Shown: piece after piece, positions 51,450 through 63,099 of the stretch
Layout: each line of letters begins with the position of its first letter
How positions within the stretch are numbered: position 1 is the first letter of the stretch
Source: Lingula anatina
Taxonomy: Eukaryota > Animalia > Brachiopoda
Reading direction: 5' to 3'
Assembly (NCBI GenBank): GCA_051362555.1
Contig: CM120642.1
Coordinates: 14,756,001-14,820,000, forward strand
DNA length: 64,000 nucleotides
Program-made: the position numbers and the translations under genes
The notes under the pieces: generated by a model
What the model was told of the DNA's origin: nothing
The model's database searches: none
What the model saw: the letters and a program-made list of their open reading frames with translations, nothing else

Positions 51450-53069
51450 CACCGTAAAAACAGTGTTTAGCTCCTAAACACATTTCTAAGCGCCTGTTTT
51501 GTCTCACTTTTTCGACGCGTTTAGCTCCTAACATGCTTAGCTCCTTAACATGTTACACGCTTGTGTTTAGCAGTATGACGCGTTTGACGGCTTATAAATG
51601 TAAGGTTTTTGTTTAGCTTTTAGGTGCTAAGGGTTTCAACTGTTTTAGTCCCACCCATGCGCGCGCACGCACACACACGCAGACGAACCCACGGTCACCT
51701 TTAACTGCTATAGTTATCTCTTTCTATAACAGGGTACCGTGAACTGTCAACATCGTTGACTTCCCACTGTCATCTTTACAGCTGGACTTATTCATCCTTG
51801 TGTTAGCTGACCTTGCGAGGAAGTTTATTGGAATGTATTTCTGAAAAGCAGGTTATGAAAATTCACTAGTTCACTAAAGGCACGAAACAACTATCATTTT
51901 TACTTTAAAACACCTTTCTCCATATTTTGATAAAATGCGTTACGGTATTGATATTTATTTATTTTTTCCGGAAGTAATGAACAATAGGACATCAGGATGA
52001 TGGTGGGGTATTCATTATAATACTTTATTTAAACTTTCATCACATGCCGGTTATTTCGGTACCGATAGTCCGAATATTCTACAATTCGCACCGCTCTAGT
52101 CGCCGACTAACCCCAAGCCCATTTTGGAATTAACCGCTAACTGTAGTTCAAACAGCATAAGACTTGTTTTGGTTATTTATATAAAAAATGTTTTCAAAAC
52201 ATTATATAATGTCTTTCCAGAATGTTATAAACACGCTGATAAAACTCCACAAAATGACGTTACATGTATCATAAAATTTTGTAGAAACGGTCTTCGAATC
52301 TTTTTACAAATTATAACGTTACTGTACATCATTTTGCATGGAGCTAAAACACCCATAACGTTACCATAATGTCCTTCTATACCATTACCAGCATGTAACC
52401 ATCTGATAACGTCGTGAAAACGTTGTTATTTGGATTATTACTTAAAGGTACATGTGAACCGAGCATCGGTGGAGCGTGGGTTGCCAGTAACACATATAAA
52501 CCACTTCTACTAGATTCGTATACGCCTCAAATAAAGTCGACATGCCAAGGGACAAACTGAATAAATCACTCGATCAGCCATAAAAGAGCTTTAGACGGCT
52601 CTTTAAATTTTTGGTCAGAAATTTAACCTACTTATGTGACCTACTTTTCTGCCCCATGTATATACAGGATAGTAAGCTAACAGAAAAATCCATTCAAATA
52701 TCAATTTTCGGGTAATATTAATCAATGCCTTCTGGCAATTTTCTTAATTATACTTTTTGAAACCATATACTGTTATTTGGTTGGGTTTTGAGCAAAAAAT
52801 TGACTTTGTATGCATCTTTAATAGACCTATTTTAAGCAGGGGAAGTGCTTAGCCAATGTGCTTAGCTTGTGATAGACTTATTATAGATCCATATACCGGT
52901 GAAGCTAAGCACATAGCTAAACGTGTAACACTGCCGACGTGTCTAGCATTTTCTTCTGTGAAACGCTTGAAAAGCTATACGTGCTTAGCTTTTACACATA
53001 TTTCTAAATGCGTATAGGTGCTTAACGTATGTTGTATGTATTTAAATGCTAAGCACTGTTTTTACAGTG
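51450..53069. mobile_element. Region bounded by CACTG-type inverted termini (EnSpm/CACTA-like non-autonomous element, or two half copies)
   Basis: TA|caccgtaaaaacagtgtttagc ... gctaagcactgtttttacagtg|TA, with internal ttagc/gctaa subterminal repeats at both ends. Confidence 0.5.
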
Positions 53070-53407
53070 TAGTGCCACTGAAATATTTTCGTAATCATTG
53101 AAGTAAAAATTATTTTATCATATCCCATCAATCGACAGCGGAGTATTCGATTACAAGTTTTCCACATGCACACCGATCTTCGGCAAGCGATGCCATCTGC
53201 ACAACTTGTACATGTACTATGCCTTCATTATACCCTAACACACTTCGGGTGTAAACTATTTTGTTCCTTTAGGCCAAATTTTGATGCTGGGAATTGTATT
53301 CTATTATTTTTATTACAGTATATAATTAAAAGGTTTTTTGTCACACCTACAAGTATATTAAATGCAACGTAACAGACAGCTCCAGTCTGATTAGATCGAT
53401 AAGAAAA

Positions 53408-53418
53408 GGGGAATCCCC
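53408..53418 (+). promoter_or_regulatory. NF-kB-like site upstream of the HEPN gene
   Basis: GGGGAATCCC matches GGGRNNYYCC, about 430 bp upstream of the ATG. A single short motif with unproven function. Confidence 0.4.
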
Positions 53419-53842
53419 CCTTATTCTACAACTCAGAGCCATGGTGAAGTAGAGATCAATAGATACTGTTTATCGACAATGGATACGGCTTCTAAGGTAA
53501 ACAATTCAACGGGTTGACACACATATGGCAGCCATTTTTCTGATTATTCAAGCATAGTCGCCGACAAAGAAGAATTCTGCTTGCTAACGCAAGTATATTT
53601 ATAAAACAAAACAGGGTACGTGGACATGGCTCAAACGATTAAAGACTATATAAACACGCTATAAGGCAGGTTTGATCGTATAGATATTAAATCAGAAAAT
53701 ACATATAGCGTATTGACCTATTTTTATGAACATCTCAAAACGGACCACCTTAACGATGGTACAAGTGGAAAATATCAGTACGGACAAGGCACAAAAACAA
53801 TCATAGACTCCCCACTTCCCTGTCCTGTTGGGGCCTGGAAAT

Positions 53843-54738
53843 ATGACAAACAGTCAACCTGAATCGTTCACCCTGAACAAAGACAACGAGAACTATTTCC
53901 GTCTCCTAAAGCTAGTCTTTAAATTAGGCACTCCGGCAGTACACCAAGTGCTGAGCACGCATCTTAAGGACAGTAATCCCGGACAAGCATATGACCCCAA
54001 AACAAGAAAACTAAGGACGATCTTAAGAAAAACCAACGTGGTGAAAACCCTCAAGGCTTGTCACAGCGGAGAGAACCCTCCTCTGACTGACGGGCAGTGG
54101 GATCTTTTGTACCCTGTCTCCACAAACCAGGGTAGAAGGCACAAGGCTTCGGAGGATGTATCAGTGGATGATCTTGATATCACGTTATCAATCATCTTAC
54201 TTCGGTACATCACAAGGTTAAACCCTGCAGATGACGACTGGGACCCTGCTAACCTAAACCACGAAGAAGGGACTGTTCCTCCCACTATTCCAGCTAAACT
54301 AATGACCATCAAAAGATACAGGGACAGATTAGCACATGCCCAGGCTGCAGAGATCTCTGATGATGAACTGTGTGCAAGTTTCTATGCTGTCAAAAACATA
54401 CTGATATCTCTGTCAGACTTGTATAAAATTGAAGACTTAGACTCCATTCACTCAGAGTCTATAACGGATGTGCTCAGAAGACTAAACTGGGCACAATTCG
54501 GGGAAGATTTTGATCGAACATTGTTGACAACGTTGGAAGAAGCAATAAGAACAAAATGTGGAAAACTTGAAATGCCGCAGTCGAGCAGTAAGGAAAGTCC
54601 GGTAAGGGTTCTCGTTCTCTCTCTCTGTCTCCTTTCAATACCTTTATTTACTGCTTTATGTTCCTCTAATGTATATATGTTCACATCTTTTAGGTTGATC
54701 GGAACCCAGGGAAAAGTGTCGTGTGCACACTGTTATGA
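53843..54738 (+). CDS. Stand-alone DZIP3/hRUL138-like HEPN domain protein (267 aa) with C-terminal CaaX box
   Basis: Exon 53843-54601: NYFRL..L...GT.AV..., QWDLLYP, DLDITL.IILLR.I, WD, IKRYRDRLAH (Rx4H), the DZIP3-type HEPN pattern. Donor CCG|GTAAGG, a 92-nt intron with CTAAT branch-like site and TTTTAG acceptor, then exon 54694-54738 VDRNPGKSVVCTLL*. AATAAA at 54742-54747. Confidence 0.82.
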
Positions 54739-54931
54739 ACAAATAAACATTCAATACGGATATTAAAGACAGGCTCTCACTATATAAGAAGAAAAAAGAC
54801 ACGCTCGCAATTCCTAGGTGCGACAACTGGTGGCAAAGGAAGACAAACGGATATGATGAGACACGTATAAAACTGATTTTTCTGAAAACAAAGCATCGTA
54901 GTAAAACAATTTAGAGAGAGTGAAGATTTAG

Positions 54932-55144
54932 TTTAAATTATTGTTTATCTTTTTATCAAGAGCTTCTAAAATAAGTAGGTATTACCTCCAATATTTATGT
55001 GACTGTCAGTCACCATCATCAGGGAGTAAATGACTCAGGGAGTGAATTTCTCCCTGATGATGGTGAGTTACAGTCACAGAAATATTGGAGGTAATACCTA
55101 CATATTTTAGAAGCTCTTCATAAAAAGAAAAACAATAATTTAAA
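54932..55144. mobile_element. Long inverted repeat (about 95-bp arms), Penelope-like inverted pLTR remnant
   Basis: Arms 54932-55026 and 55050-55144 are near-perfect reverse complements with a 23-nt spacer, and each carries a hammerhead-like core. Confidence 0.7.
55049..55091 (+). ncRNA. Minimal type-I hammerhead ribozyme-like motif (Penelope type)
   Basis: UCUCC-CUGAUGA-U-G-GUGA(GUUACAG)UCAC-A-GAAA-UAUU-GGAGG: helix I UCUCC/GGAGG, cores CUGAUGA and GAAA, and the GAAAYRUH arrangement. The mirror copy on the minus strand (55026-54985) has a longer perfect helix II but UAAA instead of GAAA. Confidence 0.6.
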
Positions 55145-57150
55145 TTGATACATACAGAGCTAATGAAACTCTTCTCTCATGCGAAGATGTAGTATTTTTT
55201 TACAGATTGTGATGAATTGTCTAGCAGTCCTCTTTAATTTCTAGGCGATATATATATGAAAGAATGTAAGTGTAGTTCAGTATTAGGACCAATCTTTCCA
55301 TACTGGTTGACTTATCTATTGAAAAAGCGCACGTACGCCCCAGTACACTGTAGGTGTTCTGGCAAGACGGTGTTCTGGCTAGTTCTGGCAAGACGGTGAC
55401 ACTAAAAGACTTATTGCCATGTACAAGTATACACGTGGCTCAGCAAAGGTCTGGATGGCTGTATAGCACATTGAAACGAGCTAAGAAAGGAAGTTGTTGA
55501 TTTGCTTGCATCTCAGCCCTCCCCCACCCTTATTAGAAACAGTGTCTATATACCGTTGTAATAAATGTTGTTGAAATTAATACCCATGTTATTTCTCTTG
55601 TACATGTACATGTTAATATGTTTAAAAGAAGGGGGCACGACACTCATCCTTTCGAGAATGTGCGTTGAAGTACGAAAGGGCCTCATACTCACAGTTGGTT
55701 AATAGGTCCTCATCGTTATTCATCCAAAATGTTTGTGCTTCCCCCTTTGTACCCAGTACGTGTATTGCCCACCTAGAAGTCTGTGATCCACGTGACCGGT
55801 TCCCAGGGCACTGAAGCACAGTCAGTCTCCACCAGGTGGACAGGACGATACAGCTATACAACCTGATGATCTAGTCCAATAAATTCCTCAAGGATATTAC
55901 GTTTTTAATACTGAGAACGCTAACGCTGAAATCAACGAGTGAAGTTCAAATCAACGCTGTGAACATGTATGTTCATGTCCTGTGCACTGCAAGCATGTGT
56001 TACTTTCTGAAACCTGCCCGTGTCTAAAAAACCGATCTAGTGAGCCTGTTATATAGTGGATGGATTCGTAAAAAAACCCATCGATTCTTTGAAATACCAT
56101 TGGTATTTCTTTGCCTCGGTTTCGTTTTCAATATCTCCCTATACATACCTTTGTCAGTGGGTAATTTTTATTCCAAAAATAGAAACTGAAACCGACTTAC
56201 GATGCTGGCAAATGTGTACATCCGCGCGGACTATTTGCTTATAATTTAAATAACGAACGTAACAAATGTTATGTTTTGTGGATCTGATGGACAAATGAAT
56301 CATATACTGTTCCAGTCATCTTAATGCAATTTTGGAAATAAAGAACTATATCATTGGATTTATCATCGTGGAAATATGACCCGAGGAACATGCCCTCTTG
56401 TACATGAATCGATTGCTAGTATATGAAAGGTACAGTTTATACTATCTGCGTTTGATAACATATTTCCCAATTCAGGACTTAAAAACTATAAAACCCCGCA
56501 GATAAAATGTCTAATTCCCATATCCCCTCTCTAAATGCTGGAAAACATGCCGATCTAAACGTTACGAGAAATATTCATTCAATTAGAATTATGGAATAAA
56601 ACATGAGATCAAAGTGCAGGAAAAGTTGAACTGTGATTCAGGAGTAAGATAAAATTGCTTTTTCCAAGGAAATTTTGGTGGGAAAATCCCGGATAGAATA
56701 TCCTTACGCTGGTGGGCACTTTTGGACTGCCAGAGCAAGGTATTTTGAAATAGGAAGTAATTAAACCACTTATTGAAGATATTGTAACCCTTTATTATCA
56801 TCCAGAGACCGAAAATGAGGTTTTCCCAGTATCGAATTATTCAATAATGCATCTATATTTCTGCTGATTTAAATCAGTAAAAAAAAACCTTCGGAAACAT
56901 CAATATTAGCGCTTATAATTCTCTTTGCAATGTATAAGCATAGGAATTGTTAAAATACCTTTCTTTTGTGAGGTGAGATAGTAGTCGGTATGGGGCGTAA
57001 CTCCATCCCTGAACAAGATTTTATCACAAAAATTGGCATTGTTGTCCACGAGTGTATGGGCGTGTCGTCATTTTGTTTTATTATTTATTTTTTGCTATGG
57101 AGTTATGAGGCCCTAATTACAGATTTTCATTAAAGAAAGGGATTATTTTG

Positions 57151-57213
57151 CTTTATCAACGATAAAATCTAAACTAAGTCTTTATCAACGATAAAATCTA
57201 AACTAAGTCTTTA
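57151..57213 (+). repeat. 29-bp tandem duplication
   Basis: ctttatcaacgataaaatctaaactaagt occurs twice. Confidence 0.9.
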
Positions 57214-58186
57214 AAGAAAAATCGATGGCAGGGCTTTGAAGCACTAAATGGCGTCATTAAATTTGCTTGGAAACGATGATGGTGGATGCTCAGGTCAAAG
57301 AGATATTTGAGGAACTGCTTTTTCAGTTTTTATCCCCAAATCGCAATTATGATGTGACCCGTTAGATGACATGTGTAAATGTTAATTAATTTAGTCAATG
57401 AACACTGAAGATGGATCTTTTACCCAAAAGAATGTGTAAGGCAGTAAATTAGGAGTTTTGGGCGAAGGGTGACAATATCCTCAAGCATCTGTCACATTTT
57501 AAAAGCATAAAGTAATATTTGCTTAATTTTTTTAACCTGGTTAAGTTTTCGTCTTATGTTTTTTTCTTTACTGCAGCACAAATATCGAATTCTGTTTCAT
57601 ATTTAGCGTTCATATTAGAGACTTACAAAATGATAAATTTTGATTTTGAAACGGAGAGTATATCTAGCGACAATTAACAGACAATAACATTCTGATCACA
57701 TCTGTAATTCTTTTGTCTTTACAATTAATTAATCAATGAGAAAAACAAATATGCCAGAAATGGACAATGGCAGTTATGTTCCCTTTAATATACAGATTCC
57801 TTGTTTGTAAAATTCAACATGACAACACGCCCAAACAATCATATCAATAATTCATATTTTCATTAAGAATGGAAACAAAATATGTCATAAACATTATTCT
57901 GAAAAAAGTTACCAATTTGATGGATATCAATTCTATAGTAAAGAAAGTTATAAAAGTTCATAAAAAAGGAATATTTATTTAGCGTGTTCGTCCCAGAGCA
58001 GAGAAAGTTACTCAAAACCAGTCACTGGAGCAGCATATCAGTGATTCCAATCAAAAAATAAAAATGAATTTTGCTAATACAATAAATTAGCCCTGTGAGA
58101 CATAAAAGCATGTTCTGATAACTTTCAGCATTTTCTTAAATATGGACTCTTTGATGTTTTCCTTCAGCATGCTCTTTGTTTCTGCC

Positions 58187-61040
58187 TCAATATACAGCAA
58201 ATATGCTTGGCGATTCTTTTGCCAGTTCCTTCTCCTGTACAGAAAACATGGGGCTTTTCAAATTTCCAGTGATGTGGGCAATAAATGTCTGCAGGAACGG
58301 GATACCTGCACCAGTCAAGGAACTAGAAATGAAAGAGGAAGAAAAAACAAAGATAAATGTCAATATTATCAGGTTTAAAAGCTCTGACTACAGCATGAAT
58401 CAAACCTTAGTGAAAGTGTTCTACTTTCAGAAAATTACCAAGCAAAACAACAAAAATATTCACACTTTTGACAAAATAAAAGTTTTGAGTTATGGGAAAA
58501 ATTTGACTCATGATGTGCAAGACTTGACAGAATTGGGTAGACCAGAGTTGTGGTGCTTGGGAAAATACACTCTTACCTTACTACAAAGAGTTGTGGGAAG
58601 CAATTTCCTCCTGTCTGAATGTATGTTTGCTTAGTTTCCAAGAAAGTTTTCAGTAGCAGATGTGGTGAAAACCTGTCTATCTTTGTCAATACGATCTATG
58701 TATAAAAATAAATAAAAATATATAAATAATTATAAAAATATATCAAACAGCATATGAACAACAAGTGTGATAGGAAATGTGAAAGAAAAATTGTTAAACT
58801 AAAAAGCTATGATAATTCAAAAATACATGTATTTAACAACATCTATCATAGTTGTTAGGAATACATACTATGGTGCTGGCGTGAATATATTGAAAAGCAT
58901 AAATATTTTAACAGTATGTGAAAACCAAAAGATGCCTACTTTTTTAACTATTAATTTCATAAATAAATACTGCATGTAAGTATAAATGTGTAACTGTCTT
59001 AAAGCAGTCCAAATCAAACTGTAGTTAAAAAAAAAAAAGGTAAAATATTTTCACTCAAAAAAATTATTAAACTGATTTCATTTTGAGGAGATTAAATTGG
59101 ATCAAAAAAATACATAGATAATTGTACAGACTTCAAGACAACTTAGATGTAAATTATTTGACAAGCCTGATCAGATTTTAATCAGATTTTAAAAAAATTC
59201 TCACCACATAGGGTATTCCCATCTCACTAATCATATCCTTCCCAAGCTTGTCCACGGGATATCTAGTTGAGCCACTCTTCAGGTACAATGTCCGGCAAAG
59301 ACTGTGAAAAAGTAAAAGCAGGGAAAATGCTGAATAAATATATGACCATTAACTCGGGAAGATATACTAACCAATGCAAATGTAAGTCAATGTGTCTAAA
59401 ATATAGGAGTTCCAGGTAGAATCTAATGCATATTTTAATAGGACCAGTGTGCTTTCAGGTAAATTTCTGGTTTAGTCTAACAGCTAGGGACAACAGGCAA
59501 ATCAAATTTTGAGCAAAACACTAATGGTTTGCGAAAAAAAAAAATTAATGTGCCTTCTGAGACACAGTAAATGATTTGGCGTATTTAGAAGAAATAATCT
59601 TATGAAAGTGTAAGCTTTGTGTACAAGTCAAGCACATGTCACTTCTCACTGTTGTGCTAAATATGAGTGAAATTCCCTCATAAACACAAATGTTCAAACA
59701 TATGTCACTTCTCACACAAATACAAGCTAACACACACACATTCTAACTTAAGGTCACAGGACAAAAATCACAACATAGCCTTACTTCTTCCTGCTGGTCA
59801 GATATCCTTCCACCAGCTCATGGTAATTGGCAGGCATATTGTACCCAAACCCTGGAACATCCACTAGGCGGAATTTCCCATCAACATCAAAGAAGTTCAG
59901 CGTCTGAGTTTGTCCCTAAGGTATGAAAATAATGTTGTAAAATTAATGATGACTGATTCCTGAGTAAAATGTACAAAGAGAACAGAAATTCCAAATATTC
60001 AAGTGCTGGTGCATTTCCAATAAAATTTCAACTTCTCAACATATCTTTGTTCCTATCATCTTCAGATATATCTTATGCTCCCATACTTTCAAAATACAAT
60101 TCCTACATATTAACACAAACATTTGTAGAAGAATTTTCTTTTTTGGTTAATTTTGAGACTTTACTACATACTGGTTTCTTTCCTGTCTTGACAATGTTTG
60201 GGGTGCTAGAAAATAGCGCCTGAAGAAGGGAGGATTTTCCGACATTACTCTTGCCAATTACTGCAACCTGAAAAGTTAAAGGCAAATTCATGGAAAATGA
60301 AAGGAACAAATGTGCGAGGCTCATTACTTTGTAAACCCATACCAGGACTAAAAGCAAAGGTTTTAACTGCAGAAAATTAAAGACCCATACAAAGTGAACA
60401 TACACACTCCTATTATTTAGATTTATAGTTTACTAATACTAAAACAGCATAGACTTTCTTATATTTTGAAAAAATCCATTTGGATGAAAAAAGAAACAAT
60501 GAACCTGGTTGAAAACAACAACCTGGCCTTAAATTCTACATGTAGCTTTCCACTCACCTCTGGCACATTTTCATCAGGTAACTTATCCAGACTTGCCACA
60601 CTCTTAATTAGCTTCACAGACTGAAATACCCCCTCCCCTTCCTTCACTGCCTCATCAGAAGGGGTGAACAGCTTCTCATTATCAGACAGTATAGGAGTGG
60701 CAACATAAGACTGGAGTTCTTTCACTGGGTCTATGAAAGCATCTTCAGGTAACTTTTTTGTCCAGTTTACTGCTTTCATTCTTTTCAGATAGTCTGTTTT
60801 AGAAACTTGTCTACTTAAAGTCTGTGATGTAGAAATGCTAGCTATACAAGTCATGGCGGGTTGTGGTGGGGAGTGAATACTTGGCATTGCCAATGGTCTT
60901 TCATTATGCCATGATAAAGTTGAAGCATGCATTTGAATACTCTGTCTATTCATATTCCGTATGTTTCTGCATACTGGTGGATATCTATGCAGGATGAATG
61001 TTAGACCAAAGATTCTTCCACTGTGAGTCAGGCATGCCAT
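58187..61040 (-). CDS. GTPBP8: GTP-binding protein 8 (EngB/YihA family), about 353 aa, probably mitochondrial
   Basis: Exons 61040-60558, 60267-60172, 59915-59785, 59301-59205, 58695-58577, 58322-58187 in frame. G1 GKSNVGKS, G2 PGQTQTLNFF, G3 DVPGFG, G4 TKID, C-terminal CFPQLFVVSS..GI..L..FIAHITG. The basic N-terminus resembles a transit peptide. Confidence 0.9.
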
Positions 61041-61629
61041 GATCGTTTTCCTCCCTGAAGAGTTCAGTTCTGAAACCCTAGAAAACAAAACAAAATGGTC
61101 CTTATATGTGAAACATATTAAGTCATAAATATCTTAAATTTATAAACTCTAGGTTCCGTTGTTGCTGTAAACACTGGCTGGCTATGTGCATGTAGTCTAG
61201 TTACTAGTAGTACACTGCACTGGAAATGAAGACTGAAGTAAATTATCTACAGTGACCAAGAGTTTTCACTAATCTGTCAATCACAAGCACCTGTACATAC
61301 ATTATATAGTTAACTAGTTACTCACCGGCGATTATTTCGAATTATATATTTTATCTTTTATGTTAAAAGTCCTGTATCGGTAGCACCTTGTACAGGTAAT
61401 TTTCGTATCTCCTAATTTAAAAGAGCTCAGGACAGCAAGACAGCCCACAAACCACGCGTAATAATCAGGCTATTCTTAATACACACAGTTATATAATAAA
61501 TATATTTATTCTTAATACACACAGTTATATTATAAATATATTTATCGTATTGTACCTTTCCAGCTAACATTTGAGTTTCCCTCCTGTAGCAGCTTCAAAC
61601 GAAAATATGAACTATAGTAATTCGTTTAC

Positions 61630-61882
61630 CAGGGGTGGACCCAGGATTATTTGAAGGGGGGGGGGGGGCGACAAGCTTCGGGTGCGAATCGTGGGGTTCC
61701 GAGCCCCGAAATATTTTTGGTGTTTTGGAGGGCAAACAGTGCCCTTTGGTGCGGTTAAGGGACTCTGATTCAGCTAGTCAAAATTCTAATTGAAAGAGGG
61801 GGAAATTGGTGTGATATACATTTTTCAGAAACCGAAGGGGGGGGAGGTCAGGACCCCCCTGGCCCCTCTAAATCCGCCAATG
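61630..61882 (+). mobile_element. Non-autonomous DNA element (MITE) with 6-bp direct flanks
   Basis: GTTTAC|caggggtggacccagga ... aaatccgccaatg|GTTTAC with imperfect TIRs; same family as 41135-41220. Confidence 0.65.
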
Positions 61883-63099
61883 GTTTACGTTCACAAATAG
61901 TAGGCCTAATAACGAGCACCGTTATTTAACACTGACTTGACGTGTCTATTATTCTTAGCAGCAGACTGACTGAACCAGGGCACCGAGATGTGGGGTGTGA
62001 GGTCTCTTTGAACTCCTAGCTGTCTTCGAACGATCCTACCTAATAGAAAGCCTTCAAAAAATATTATTCCTGAGAAAATGCTTCCGTTGGCCTCATCGCG
62101 TGGTTTGTCTTTCTTCTTTTGTTTGTCTCTCTCCTCTTTAAATCGGCCATTTGGTTGGAAAACGAAGGGAGTTGTTCTCTGGGAAGTCTCTGTCTACACA
62201 CTGATTCGGTTTAAAGTGACGCTAATTTTGGGACATTTTTTGAAGACATTTATCTATGTTTTGCTTTGTATTCATACATGTAGGCCTACACTCTTCTGCT
62301 TGTGGTCAAGAACGTCAGACATCCTTAAGGTTCTTTTTTATTCTGTGCCATCTATTTCAAATTTATTAATTTTTTTTAAACTGTAAGTAGAATATTACAA
62401 GCCGAGCAATCCTTTTTTCACGTAGAACTCAATTCATTGCATATGGCGAGCACTTGGGTCTATCATGTATGTCAACCACAACTCGAGTAAAAAAGAAAAA
62501 AAATTTAAAATGTTTTCTCTTGATCGTTGATGCACTCTTGTAAATATGCACATAAGTGTCAAAATGAATTAAAAAAATACATCTGGAAGCCTTTCGCACG
62601 TCCAACGTTGGTAAAACTTTGATGTAAAGACGATATTTGTTTAAATTTTAACGAGTCTCTGTTTACATGTTTTTATGCACCAATATATTCCACAAAGCGA
62701 CTTCGGTTGAATTTTAAGCTCATGATGTTGATGTACGGACATGAACATGGAGTAAATTTTCTTGAACATTATAGCATGACACTATTAAAAACTGAATAAA
62801 TGCGCAACTTTTGTCATTTCACGAACATCCGTCGGGAGCTCTAATTTTAATAAAAATATATATTCGTATCCGCCTTTATTTTACAAATCAACGTCACTGA
62901 TGGCCTTAAAACTGTAGGCCTATACTACATGTAACTATGATGTTTCACTTTAAATGACAACGAACTTAAAGGTTTTGCACTAGGAAAATAAACATAAACA
63001 TTTAATTGCATGACAGTTCTGTTTACATTCGTACATTTTAAGTCCCAATTATTTGCTCAAATGTTTTGGACGTATTATTAATTTTCAATCCTTCTCGGA

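Noticed and set aside
54602-54766. Transmembrane-like tail VLVLSLCLLSIPLFTALC of ORF 53828-54766
   Set aside because: Best explained as read-through of a pyrimidine-rich intron after a strong GTAAG donor; an intron-retained isoform cannot be excluded.
58142-58634. Plus-strand ORFs of 78 and 152 aa
   Set aside because: Antisense shadows of GTPBP8 exons and intron.
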